Positions 1-12,994 of a DNA stretch of 64,000 nt are shown piece after piece. Under the pieces are notes generated by a model that was not told the DNA's origin, searched no databases, and worked only from the letters and a program-made list of their open reading frames with translations. Where the stretch lies: contig WELA01001736.1 of assembly GCA_009602735.1 (NCBI GenBank), positions 21,837 through 85,836 on the forward strand. Direction: 5' to 3'. A program made the translations under genes and the position numbers. Within the stretch, counting starts at the first letter, position 1; each line of letters begins with the position of its first letter. This stretch comes from Mesotaenium endlicherianum. Its lineage: Eukaryota.

Positions 1-108
1 TGCAGGCAGCAAGTCAGGTAGGCAGGTACGGCTTCCCGCATGCGGCTCAGGTTAAGAGCAGCAGTCATCAGGCTCTGGGTAGAAGCCGGCAGGCGGGGGG
101 GGGGGCAC

Positions 109-1803
109 CTGGAGCGGATGCGGGCCGCAGTGGAGGAGCAGCGCCGCCAGAGCCGCCTCTGTCAGCTGCTGCCTCTGCCTCTGCCTCTGCTGCTGCCTGC
201 TGCCGGCTCCAGCGTGCGCCCCTTCACCGCCGCCTCCTTCTGCTGCTGCTGCTGCTGCTTCTCCTTCTGGATTCTCCTGCTACCCGGCACATCTCCCCCC
301 CCCCCCTCCCCCCCAAAAAAAGGTCCCAGTCCAGTCTCGCAGCCCCCAGCTTGAGTCAGCAACCCCTCCCCCTGCTGCTTCTCTCTGCTGGCTGCTGGCC
401 GGGTAGTGAGCGGGACTGCGTCTAGCTGGATGCCAGCATGTCAGGGCAAATACTGCAGAGTGTTGGTATCAGCTGCGTGGGCGAGTGTGCCTGCCAGCCC
501 GCCTAGAAGGAGCCAGAGAGCCGTGCAGCAGGAGGGAGGAGGAGGAGGGGGAGGTGGAGGAAGAGCTAGTGAGTGTGCCAGGGTGGGCAGTAGGGGGAGA
601 AAGAGTGCAGCCAATTAGAGACTGTGGATGGAGTGAGGAGAGAGCATAGAGACGCGATTGGGGGTGGGGGGGGCAGGGAGCTCTCACATCATCGTCAGAG
701 ATAGACAGAAGTTTTATGTAGCGCTGCGTCAGCTGCTGCTGAGCTGGCACCAGCTCCTGCCCTTTGCCGGCTCCTGCCAGCACACGCCGTCTCTTTGCCA
801 GCCTGGCAGGACAACACAGCAGCGGCAATGGCATCTATGATGCAGGCCTTCCCCATGCGGGCAGGGACGGCATAAACCCTGCATCCGTTCAGCTGCTACT
901 TATACAAAAGCGGAGATGCCACGAAGATGCACAAGTGGGTGGGAAGGTGGAGGAGGCTGCAAGGGAGGCAGCAGCAGCAGGGAGGCAGGGGCAGGGGGCG
1001 GTGCATGCAGCAGCAGCAACAGCAGCGGGCTCTTCTTCTGCCTCTTCTTCTCCACGGCTTGTGCCCTGACCAGCCGCTTGTGGCCCCTTCCTTCCCTTCC
1101 CTCTCCCCGGCCTACGCACACGTAGCGCAAGCGAGGGAGCCAGGGACCAGGCGAGAAAGGGGCTTTGGCCGCCGTTCAAGACGAAGAGGAAGGGGAGCCC
1201 AACCCAGCCCCAGCTTCGCCGGGCCCGACTCAGCTCAGCCCGGCCAAGTTCAGCATAAACCCAGGCAGCTTGGCAGAGACCTCTGGGGGAGATAGCAAGC
1301 GGGCAGGCAGGCGCCCGTCCCAGCTGATGGTGGCCTCGAGTCCTCCTCCTCCTCTGAGCTGTTCGTGATTGCAACTACACCATACATTTCACATGCTTGT
1401 ATGGGCATGCGATAAGCCCTCCCTTCCCCCCACCCCCTTTCGTCCTTGTCTGCCTCCCTTTCTCCCTCCCTTCCACTTCCTTTCTCTCTCCCTTTTTTGC
1501 TCCACCTCAACCCCTGTTCTGGCACCTCCTATTGGTCTGTCCTATTTCCAATCATCCCCAAGAATTGACAGCGGCCCCAGAACAGAGAGTCAAATACTTG
1601 CACCCTCCACTCTCCCAGAAAGGACAGGTGGCCCACGCCCACGGGCTTGGAAACCTCACGAGTGAAAGAGGCAGGGTTGAGAGTTGAGGGTTGAAGGGTT
1701 GAGGGGTCAGGAGGGTCAAGAGCGCTGAGGGGGCTGCTTGCTGACAACACCAACTCACCAGGGCTTCTGAGGCAGGCCCAGAGCAGCCCTCACGCTCTCC
1801 TTC
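109..1803 (-). CDS. Possible multi-exon gene of unknown identity (fragments; probably continues off the left edge, 5' end unresolved)
   Basis: Segments bounded by AG/GT that read openly on the minus strand: about 1760-1803 (KESVRAALGLPQKP), 688-802 (LAKRRRVLAG...QRYIKLLSISDDD) and 109-276 (ENPEGEAAA...LTEAALAALLLHCGPHPLQ). No family recognised and exon joining not verified. Confidence 0.25.
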
Positions 1804-3648
1804 TGCACGCCTCCCACGCACCCGCACCCACAGGCACACATGAACCGCAGCTCAGCTCAGCTGACTGGGTTGTAACCTGTTGACAGCGACCCACGACGTG
1901 GAAACCAGTGCCATGAGATGGCCCTGGGTGCTACACCCCGTCACTGCGGCCTTGCCTGACTGCAGCCAGCCAGGTGGTCCTTTGGCTGCTGAAGCTGCGG
2001 CATTTCCCTGGCCCTTGCCACCAGCATGCCGGCAGGCATGTAGGCAGGCAGGCGGGCAAGCATGCAGGCAGACGAACTGGCAGGCAGGCGGTCGGCATTG
2101 CGGGTTTCCTAGTAGGAATACTAAGACATCTCATAAGAAGGTTTCGAACAACCATGGTACGAGTTTGCTGATTTGACACCTGGGGTCTCAGACCCATGTC
2201 TGCAGATTTGAGGCGCAAAACTCTTGCTTCAGTGGGTTCTTTATTAGGTTTGAGTGATAGGCACTTGGGAGACAACTGCGCAAGGTACAATGGTGGGCCG
2301 GGTTTGTGAGCTTGTCAAGGGGTCAACTCGGAGGGGTGTACACCGACTTCCTCTGCCCATCTTGGAGCACTTCTTTACACTTGACTGCTACATAGAGGAT
2401 TCTGGTCTTGTCACGCTGAAATTTTGAGGTGTTCATTGCAGGTGTTTTTCATATTGTTGGTAAGTATATTATTGGCGTTCAGTCATAAGAAGATTACCCT
2501 TGCGACATGTCAACAAGTGTAAGCTTTTCCTCAGTGACTTGGCATTTGGCCACTCACCCCCACATAATCTTGCAGAAGTTCGGCTAGACCCGCCCTAAAG
2601 GTGGCCTGTTCATTTGCGTCCATAGGCGACTTCTTTTAAACCTATGAATTGCACCACATGCTGGATTCACTGGACGGCCTTTCTCTGCTTACTCCAAATG
2701 GGCCATTATTAATCCAAATAGCATATGTGCAGTGACTTGGACGCCCCCAAAATTCACTGCCCCGTAGTCATCAGGCTGCTGAAGCTTCACGCACAAATTT
2801 TGACTCCGCCAACAATGAAATACAAAGTGATCGTGGTTATCACTTTCGTTCTCTTTCAAATAACATGCCCCCTTCAGCTCGTAATATGCGCTTGCGTTCG
2901 CTCAGAGCTGCAGACCTGACACCAGTCACCACACTATTTCTCGTGCTTGCAGTCGAAATCCCCACAAGCGTTAAAAAGGGGGGGGGCAATCATCGCTGTA
3001 TTTTACCAGCAAAATTGAAAAGCTCAGTTTTATCTTCGCGTCAGCATAAAGTATGCTTCGGTGTGTTCTGGTATGTTCACTCGATCGCAATTCCCGAATT
3101 GTTGCAAATATGTTTCACAAACTCCTGGTAATCAACTCCGAATGGAACTACATACTGAGGAAAAACCAAGAAAAACAATGTAAGAAGACAACCAGCCCAA
3201 GCCCAGCCCCCTCCAAATTGCTCCAAGTGGACTGAAGTGGACAAACATTGACTCTGGTACATTTGGCATAGTACATAATATCTGATCTCCTGTGCGCCAT
3301 GTAGGCCCCCATGCACACGAGGCACCTCAGAATGCAACTAGCCATCACCATCTTCAGTCCGTGCAATTCCGTGCAAGTTGAGCATTTTCATCTTCACAGA
3401 ATGCTCTACAGTGCATTCACTCTTTTGTTTTAGGACAATCTGTAACTGGGTACTTATGCGATAAGGTTGGAGAGGAATCGGTGAGAGGTAAGACAGCTAT
3501 ACAAGACTACGACTACATTTCTCATCGCCTCTGATCTTCAGTGCTGGAGACGCCACTTTCATACGTCATTGATCACTCAGCTTCCCCTTGAGTTACCCGT
3601 CCCGTACTAGCAATCGGATAATATTGAGATCCAATAGTCGCGATAATA

Positions 3649-6600
3649 ATGGCGGTCGCTCAGGCAACACACGCATTTTTTCTCTTGAAGAGCCCAGTAC
3701 CGTGTGGAAAGTCGCTTAACTTTGAGATTTCCAGCAGTTTCTCTGCAAGCTGTAGTAAGCTGAATGGCAATTGCCTCAGTCGCAAACTGTCTGCTAGGAA
3801 GAACACATATAGACGACAGGGTTGTGCATTGGTGTGCACAGCTTCATTGCTGAAGGAAGACGGAACTGGCTTCAAAAGGAATCCCATTGGCCTGCACGGC
3901 CAAGTTTGGGTGGGAGGCTGGAGTGATGCAGAGAGACGCAAGGCCATCATAAAGACAGCTGAGCTGGGCTTTGATCTGCTTGAAGGTGGGCAATTGATTT
4001 CTCTCATTATGCGCTCCTGTGTGTGTTCAGTTGCAACATGAGTTCGTCTGAACGGACGGCCTCAACATCTTGCCTGGACCTCATCCGCCGGAATGTGCTG
4101 ATTTGTCATAGTCGGTGACTTGAGAGAGGACTCTCAAGCTGCAAGCTCGGACCAGGTGGCAAAAGAGAGGACAAAGAGAAGCCTAGCCTCTAGTCATTCG
4201 GCGTTAGGTGTTGCCTCACCATAGAATGCAATTAGCATGCGTTGGGCACTCTGGCAACAGTTCACAAGCTCGTCTTTTTAAATATTCCGGTTATAAGAAA
4301 TTCCGTCAATGCTATCGGGTATTGAGAGGAACTGTTTGTGGATGATCTGTAAAAGCATGCAAATTCCAGTAGGTGGACAGCAGCAGGCTGGCATGACTGG
4401 CTGAGAAAGCCAAGGCTGCGTTCACTTTGTATTGAAGCACCCTCCAAAGGTTTGAGGAGCAGGGGTGGACGAGCTGCTGACATGGCGCTGATGTGGCGGG
4501 GACTCAGAGCAGTGCCTGTGGCTCGGCCCGATGCCGTCGACACGGAGCGCACGCGCGAGCTGCTTCTGGAGACGGGCCTGCTGGCCTCCACCTCCCTGGG
4601 CCTCCGCAACGACGCCGACATCTCCAGCGCCGACCGCGAAGTGTCCGACAGGGGCAAGGAGGTGACTGGCCTCTTCTCCTGCCTCTCACGTATCTCGCCT
4701 GATGCACGTCTGCTGCGCATGTCCACAGATAGAGCTCAAGCGGATGCCCCCCTCTCTAAGAAGCCGACACATGGCAGTGGCTCGGACGAGCTGGCACATC
4801 AAGGTATTGAAGAGTGCGGGCAGTACCATCTCCTTTACCATCCAATCACACGCCGGCATGACCTGTACGTACTTCGTTGCCACCTCGCAGCCAGTGTGCG
4901 GTTGCTTACCCGCCAGCCGGACTGATTGATAAAGGCAGAGCAGCCTCCATCATTATCCATCCCTGATTGAGAGCTAGCTGGGAAACCCGAGTATTCTCCT
5001 CCTTCATTCCCTCCTCCTCGTCCGCGGCTCCGAACTTCTCCCATATGCTCTGACACTGGCGTTCATCCGTGTGATTCTGTCTGGGGCTCCATCTTCGGCT
5101 CCCTCTGTGGCTCTCGTGGGCGTGGGGCCCCGGCTGCAGCTGCTCCTGGATGCCCTGAGGGTGACGAGCGAGATAGGGGCGCTGTACCTCACGGGGGTCA
5201 CGTACTCCGCCATCAACAAGTACCCGGGGCCCTTCCAGTGGGGGAGCGACGCGGAGGCCAACCTGATGCGGAGCCTGCGGGAGGTGGCGGACCGGGCGCG
5301 CGACGTGGGCGTGACACTCGGCCTGGAGGTGGTGAACCGCTACGAGACCAACGTGCTCAACACCGCGCAGCAGGTGCCTGGCTCTTTTTCTCTCCACCTG
5401 ATGCTGCGCTCTCTGCTGCTGCTGCTGCTTCTGCTGGCTTCTGTCATCTATCCGTGGGCTCTGTCGACATCGTTGGACCAGCCTGCCAGCCAGCAACCAG
5501 GGATGATGCGGGCGGATGCCGATGGCAGAGTGGCGTGGGAAACGCGTCCATGGATGAAAGCAGCAGGCCAGCACGCATGGTGAACACTGGCGGCAATGGC
5601 GTTTGTGTGTGTGGGAGAGTGAGTGTAACGTGACTCTCCTGATGGTGGCGGTGGGGGGGGGGGCAGGGGATGGAGCTGCTGGCGGCGCTGGACCGGCCCA
5701 ACGTGGTGCTGCACCTGGACACGTACCACATGCACATCGAGGAGAACAGCATGGCCGGCGCCATCAAGCTGTGCGGGGACAAGCTGGGCTACGTGCACAT
5801 TGGCGAGAGCCACAGGGGCTACTTGGGATCAGGTAGGCGGGGTTCTGGTGTGGAGGCTGTCACAATTGCACCATAGTCCTTCTCTCCTACCTCCCGTTCC
5901 TGCACCTCCCCCGCCCGCTTCCGATCCTACCCTACCCTTCGTCAATACGGCACTAATAGCCTGGCTGCCGCCGCCTGCTGGCATCACTGTGTTAGATTTA
6001 TTCGCTGGTGAGTCCTTGACAGTAGCCGGACCCCTCCTTAGCGGGCAGCGCAGTGGTGTCTTTCTCTCTCCCTCCCTCGCTGTCTCTCTGTGTGTGTTTG
6101 TGTGCATTCTATGAGGCAACCACCATATTGTGCACAGTGGCAACGATAGCACGAGCTGCAGAGAGCTGGCCGGACCCTATGGCAGCTGCTTCAAGCATCC
6201 ACGTGGCTCTTTTCGCTGCCTGTGCTGCTTGCCAGGATGTGCTGCGAAGTAGAGTCCTCTGACAAACGGGTTGGGAGAGCTTGTGTGCTGGCGTGCACTG
6301 CAGGTAACGTACACTGGCAGGAGGTGTTTCGGGCGCTCTCAGAAGCGCAGTACAAGGGGCCTCTGACATTCGAGTCCTTCTCGTCCAAGGTGGTGAACGA
6401 GTCGCTGTCCAACACGCTGTGCGTCTGGCGTGACCTGTAAGTTCCGGAACGTCGTGCGCTTGCGCGCCTCTTGGTGCAATTCTGCTGGATACATTGTCAG
6501 CACTTGCTGGAAGATGCTCCAAGAATCACACTTGCCGCTCCTGTGATTGCGGTTGATGTTTGCCTGCGCTTGCGCTTGTGCGCTATTCGAGGGTGTGTCT

Positions 6601-6996
6601 TGCTTGTCAATCAGTGGTGCTACATGAGGCTCTCAAGAAACACTTGTTCTCTTGCAGTTTTGAATTGGACACGCAGCCAGCAATTAGCCCAACTTGATCG
6701 TGTGCATTTCTACGTGCTTCTCAAAATCATATTGAGAGACCTCCGTTCCGTAACTTACACGTTGGTCCAGGTGCATGGTAACGGATAATCTGGCGTGTCT
6801 ACTTCTGACATGTGCCCTCATGTTCATCATAGAAAGGCTCTACATTTGAGGATTGTGTTGCTGCAGGTGGGAGGACTCGGACGACCTGGCAAGGCAGGCC
6901 AAGGCGTTCATTGACAGCCACTGGACTGCCGCCCGCATCACCAACACCAGGAGGCTCACCACTCAGCTCACGTGCCACACGACGTCAACCCATTGA
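3649..6996 (+). CDS. Ketose 3-epimerase (D-psicose/D-allulose, D-tagatose, L-ribulose 3-epimerase family; xylose isomerase-like TIM barrel) with a putative plastid transit peptide, 382 aa
   Basis: Six GT-AG exons in consistent phase: 3649-3985, 4513-4661, 5140-5373, 5667-5832, 6304-6436, 6867-6996. Motifs IGLHGQVW, GFDLLEVP, LEVVNRYETNVLNT, LHLDTYHMHIEE, YVHIGESHRGYLGSG, LTFESFS and VWRDLWEDSDDLA. The metal/catalytic E-D-H-E set is intact. The first ~75 aa are Ser/Lys/Arg-rich and poor in acidic residues. Confidence 0.92.
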
Positions 6997-7710
6997 TTTT
7001 AGCTCCATCAGGTCTTCACTTCTTTTTCTGCGCTGTACTTGTACCCATGTCGAGCAAGGCGTCGTTCTTGGCACTGTACATGCCCTTGAAGCTTTGGTGC
7101 CTGTGGCATGTGGTTGTGACGGGATGATTATGTACCAGTAGATGCTGTGAGGTTTCGACCAGATGAGTGCGCACCCAGACCTCTGGTGTGTATAGAAGTC
7201 CAGCATGCATCACCGAGTTGACATGAAGTTGCTGCTTTCATGGTATGTTCTCCATTCTGGCGTGATACGCAAGTTGCAATGACCCCCCTAATTAATAAAG
7301 GCAGGCCGTGTTGAGGCCTTCCATATCATGCTTACGCAGTTATTCTTGAAGAACCCCATGGGCCTGGCCGGGCAGCACGTGCAGCCAGTCCTTTCTCACT
7401 AATGTCTGGGGTCTACTTGTCACTTCGCATTCTTGTAGCCACTTATGAGCGTCAGCACGATATGACACATGCATTGACGTGAAAAGTGGTCACAGATACG
7501 GCATCGCAGAAGACGTGATAGTTGTAAAGTTTTTGACGGCCACTATGTGGTGCACATAGTCACCCCAGCTATATGAAACTCATGCTGGCAAACACATACT
7601 GAGAAATGCATTTCATATGAAGGTCAAAGCACAAAGCATAAGATACAAAATTTCTGCTCTCAGAGTGTTACATCAGTACAAGAGCAGTAACTAACTTATT
7701 TCCCAGCCCC

Positions 7711-8364
7711 CTACTTGAGGAGGGCGGAGATGATCTGCTTCACATTAAGCTTCCTAAGGTCGGTGTAGGTCTGTCCACAGCCCACGAAAATGATGGGTGC
7801 TCCTGATATGTACACCATGGACAGAGCTGCACCCACCTGCACACCGGAGGAAGAACAACAGAATAAGAACCACACCAACTCTTTAGACCAACAAGATTTA
7901 TCTGCAGCCAACGAGCTTGCACAGAGCTCGACGTACCTTGTCGTCTATGGTGTCAAACTTTGTGAGGAGGATGCCGTCGATGGCGTGCACGTCCGGCGTG
8001 GGGGACAGGTCCGCCAGCCGCTGGTTGAATTTGGACAGCTGGTCCACGGCATCGTTGCCCACCAGCGCCTCTCCCACAAACAGCACCTGCACCAACCACA
8101 ATACCATGCCAGGCTCCCCTGGCATCAGTCAGTCAGTCAGACAGGGCTCACAAAGCTTACCTTCTCACACCAGCTACCAGCGCTCCCCTGGAAGCCCCTC
8201 AGCTCCCTGCAAAGGGTGCAAGACGTCAGCAGCAGGTGGCTGGCTGGCATGCGACTGGGCCAATGTATGCCCTTCTCTCAAGGAGTACTAGGCAACTAAA
8301 TTGGTGCATAAAACTTCCAAATGTGCAGAAACAGTCAGAACCACATGACAGATGCTGGTTGCAG

Positions 8365-8407
<43 letters not shown>

Positions 8408-11400
8408 GNNNNNNNNNNNNNNNNNNNNNNNNNNNNNNNNNNNNNGGGGGGGGGGGGGGTCCGGAAGGAAGAGAGGTGGGCGAGTGCGTACGAGGTCGGG
8501 CTCATTGGTGGTGATGAGCTTTGACAGAGCCCTCATGAGCGGCTCGTTGTCCTGCAGCCCAGCCCCGCCCCAAATAATGACAACAGGCAGCCAGCGGCAC
8601 ACACCCACCCAAAACGTGTCACTAATGAGGGCAAAGGGATGTCACTTGCACAGCTGGCTGCCTCGACGTGGCAGTCACAGGTGTACAGGACAGCCAGCCA
8701 ACAAGCAATTAATCAAGAGCGTGCCATTGTGCAACACAGACAAAGAGGGCAGCACAGGATCGGCCACCCTGTGCAGCAAAAGGTACGACGCATATCCAGG
8801 CCTTTCAAGCACCCCAGCTGATGCCACGACGATGAAGGCGGGGGGAGCTGAGTGAGCAGGAGGTAACAGAGGAGGTACACACACCCACGCACACGCGCGC
8901 GCATACATACGCACGCACATACCAGCATAGAGACGAGGGCACACACGTCCACACACCAGCATACGCATGCAAGCAGAATCGACACACACCTGCATGCGGC
9001 CGGCAGTGTCGACGAGCACGACGTCCTGCTTGGTACGCACGGCCTCGCGGATGGCGTCCTTGGCCACGGCCGCAGGGTCCTTCTCGTACCCCTTCTCAAA
9101 CAGCTCCACCTGCACCCTCTCACCCGCCCCCTCCGCCAGTCAGCACAAGGCCCTCCTCCCTCCGAGAGTCACGTTGCACCGATTACTCGTCCACGAGCAG
9201 TGCCTTGAGCACATGCACACGCACACGCACACGCACACGCACACGCACGACGGAGACGGAGACGGAGGCAGTCTGCCTGCTACTGTGTCTTGCTCCAAGC
9301 CACTCACCCGGCCCACAGACACGAAAGTAGCGGGCTGCTGCGTGAGTGAGTACCTGGAGGCGGCGGGCATGCGTGCGCAGCTGCTCCACGGCGCCGGCAC
9401 GGAACGTGTCGCACGCCGCCAGCATCACCTTCACATCGTGCTGCAACAGCCAGTATGCCACCTGTTCCCCCCCCCCACCCCCACGCGCCCCCATCTCTTT
9501 CTCAAAAGACTGAAGCATCTCAGACCTCAGCTTATCTCATTGTATATTCAGTTCAGCAACAACTTATCAGGTCGGCCAGTAATGGCCGCCAATTAGTCAA
9601 ACAGGACTGCGTCTCTGAGGCGCCAGCAACTGGCAATAGCCATGTCAATTTTTGAGGCAATGGCAGACGGGTGCTGGCAGGGCGGATGGGGCACCTGTTG
9701 CACTGCTCACAGAAGCTTGGACGCTGCCATCTGGCAAGTGGGCTTGCGGCAGGCTGGGAAAGAAGTGGCGGCATGCATTAATCGAGCAGGAGGGACAGCG
9801 AGACAAGGAGCAGGGGATAGCCCGATGCACTACCAGCAAGAACCCTTGGAATGAGGCCGGCCCACACGCATGTGCGCACGAGCTCTTACACTGGCAAGAT
9901 CGGCACAGAGCATGTACCTTGGCGAGGTTGGTGGACTTGCCGACGCCGTTGACGCCCACGAAGGTGATGACGTAGGGGCGGCCCTGCTCCTTGGCGGCGT
10001 GCACGTCGCGCAGGATGTCGATGGAGCGCTTGGGTGTCAGGATGCGCTGCAGCGCCTCCTCCATGGCTGCCTGCACATGACATCACGCCCGCGCCCGCGC
10101 CCCTGCTCCTTCTGAATCTTGTGGACAGCAGACTCCAGATGGTCGCCCCAGGCCTTGCCCCCGCCCCGTGCATGTACTGCCCCCAATGTCGGAGCACCGG
10201 CTGCAGTGTGTCGAGGACAGCAATCAGGGTACAGGCTGGCTGATGGAGAGTCTGCGGGCATCCATTGCATCCACCCATAGGCTAATACCTCCACCAACAA
10301 TAGGCTCTGCCGTGATGCGATGACCGACTGACTGCCCTCTCACCCGAACTGACGGAGCCAACATGCCCACCACAATGTCACCCGGCTGATTGTGCTCTGC
10401 TAGGACGCGAGAGTGATGGCACAACAAGCCCTCCCAGCCAAAGCCACACCTTATCCACTGGCGGGCTTCAGCCTCCTCCTTTCCCTCACATTATTACAGC
10501 ACCCAGTATAACATACACGTTCAGAAATGTGAAAACGTTAGGCTCTTAGTGTTGACAACTCTGCTCATTTCAGGCATGCCCCAAATTTGATTTCACAGGC
10601 TTTGTCGGCTTTTACACCCATTCAAACTCATCCTCAATGTCCTGAACACAAAACCCTTCAATCTATATCGCTAACCGCATTGGATGCGTACACTTTTTGC
10701 AGAGTGGGGGGGCTTGGATTCAAGTGATACGAGGCTCAGACTTAGGGTTGATGACTCCCAGACAGAATTTAGAATAGTATATTTTTCCGGAAAGTGGCAA
10801 TTTGGTATTTTCCGGGAGAAGTCAGAAGCTCCGTGTGACAGAGAGCAATGATTTACCGGGTTGCCCTGAGCTCCAGCAAACTCCTACCCATTTTTAAAAT
10901 TAACCAGTCCCCCACTCACGCTTCAGTGGAAGAGCTTGACTGAGGAAGACTATGGTAGGCAGGAGATACCTTGACAGTGGAGGACATGCGAGTGAAGGAT
11001 GCATGCTTGCGGCCCACCAGGCTGGTGGCCACGGACTCGCACAGTTTCTCTGCTATCTCCTCCGCCTGTGCAACACAGGGATAACAATGGTGCGAGTTCA
11101 TCGACCGCATCTCGCTGCTGCTTCACTCCATTGCTTCATTCATTCACACCTGTTTTTATGCTGCTGATTTTGCTTGATATGACACGTCCGACTTGACCAC
11201 CGTCCTTGAGAAGCGGAAACACTGGCTGTTATAAGTTTCGAGACTGACCAGCTCATACTAGAGAAGAGAAGCTGTGCAAAGTTTAGACAAGCTGTCGACT
11301 CAGAGACCAGCTCGGCAGATGTGTGTTACACAGGCTACTTCATAACCAGCACAACCCACAGCGGTATTTGCAAACTTTTTTGGAAGCCCCTAACCCAACC

Positions 11401-12994
11401 AACATAACAGCATACCAGGTAAAGGGGAGTCACTGACCGCCACAACATCATAAGTCCATCCTAGCACCCCCTTTTCACCATTCTTCTTCCTCACAATGAG
11501 ATAATTCACCACAGTGACACCACCCCTCCTTGCTTCTGCCTCAACAACATGGGCAGTTCTCCATAGCTGCCTATGAATTCTGGCATCCTTCACATTACTT
11601 TGCGTGTTCAAGCTCATGTGTGTGTTTCAGATTCTGTAGTAGATGCTCAGGCAGAGGAAAGAGAAGGACAATAGATCAACTGAAAGCAGCAAGGAATGAA
11701 TGAAGACTTGTACTCACAACATTCTTGTTCATCAGGCGCTCCTTGAGAGCTTTAAGAGCCGGCTTCAGATCAGCCTTCTCCAGAGCTGCCTTACCTGCAA
11801 AACTGCAATTGCAAGTCACATAGTGTGACAAGTCAGCTCTTGAAGATAAACCATTCACCCTCTAAACCCCTGTTTCACATAAGCATGTGCACTAATGCTC
11901 TGCATTCATATACTACCTGTATCATGCAAAGTACTTTCTTGGAAACCCTAAATACTTGCGACTCTCCTTGACCTATACCTGTGGAACATTGCTGAAAACC
12001 ATCCAGTTCTTTTTGAAGCTGTCTCATTTGACAGTCCCTTCCGGCTTCCACTGCTGACAGCCCCATTGTCGTCACTCTCATTCTCCTCTTCGTCGTCCTC
12101 CTCGTCTTCTTCTTCGTCCTCATCATCTCCTATTACTACATCCTCAGCATCCATTAAGCTCTTGCTCTCTTTCTTCACGTCTAAGCCCTTTATCTCGGGT
12201 TCTTTCTGATCAGAATAATCTCTGGCCGCGGGAGCAGGCGAATCGTCCCACTTTCGCATCTGCTTAACCTTCTTCTTGCTGTCCTCCGCCTTCATTTCCC
12301 CATTGGATTTGATCATCCCAGTCTTCTTTTCAGGAAGTGGGACCTTGCTCTTCTTTCTGTGCCGTAGCTTCGAAAAATCGAAGGCATCCTGACCTTTCCC
12401 ACCTCCATTCATGACTTCACTCTCGGATCCCTCAGTCTCGGAGGCTGCACTCGTAGTTCCATTACCATTGGTAAACGCTTTACCATCACTGTCATCCGCC
12501 CCTTCACCATCTCCCTTATCGTCCTGTTTCTGCGAAGATCTCGAGCCTCCAGCAGACTGCCTCTGAACACTTTGTCCCTTTTTTGTCTTAGTGAACTCTG
12601 TTATCTGCTTCGGACGCCTCATCTCCTTGCCGTATTCTTCAGCTTCACGCAGAAGTTGCTGGAAGGTCGTATCAAAGTCAGTATACACGGTTTTTTTGGG
12701 ACTGTAGATGCCAGAGAATGCATCTTTGACACTTTGAAGAAGCTCATCGACATAAAGCAGTTGAAGCGCCCGTTGGTACACGCTCACAAATACCAAGCCC
12801 AACTCATTTTGAAAAGTCCACTTAAGGGTATAAGCTGCTGCATTCTTGTTGTACTGAAATGACGATTCCCCAGAGCGCTCTTGAAGCAAGCAAGTCTGGA
12901 TGAGGGCATCAATCGGGGCTCCTTTGAGAGCTGTTAATTGAAAAGTCCACAGCACAAGGCCCCCCCGGGTGAAAATGGAGAAGTAATCCAACAT
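7711..12994 (-). CDS. SRPRA: Signal recognition particle receptor subunit alpha (SRalpha), 637 aa
   Basis: Nine exons: 12994-11979, 11802-11718, 11065-10970, 10070-9918, 9461-9354, 9109-8990, 8551-8492, 8086-7937, 7836-7711. N-terminal SRX/longin domain ([16 protein letters not shown]) and SRP-GTPase motifs [43 protein letters not shown] and GCGQTYTDL. Confidence 0.96.
8368..8397. repeat. (GA)n microsatellite beside poly-G and an assembly gap in an SRPRA intron
   Basis: Run of gagaga... directly visible. Confidence 0.9.
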
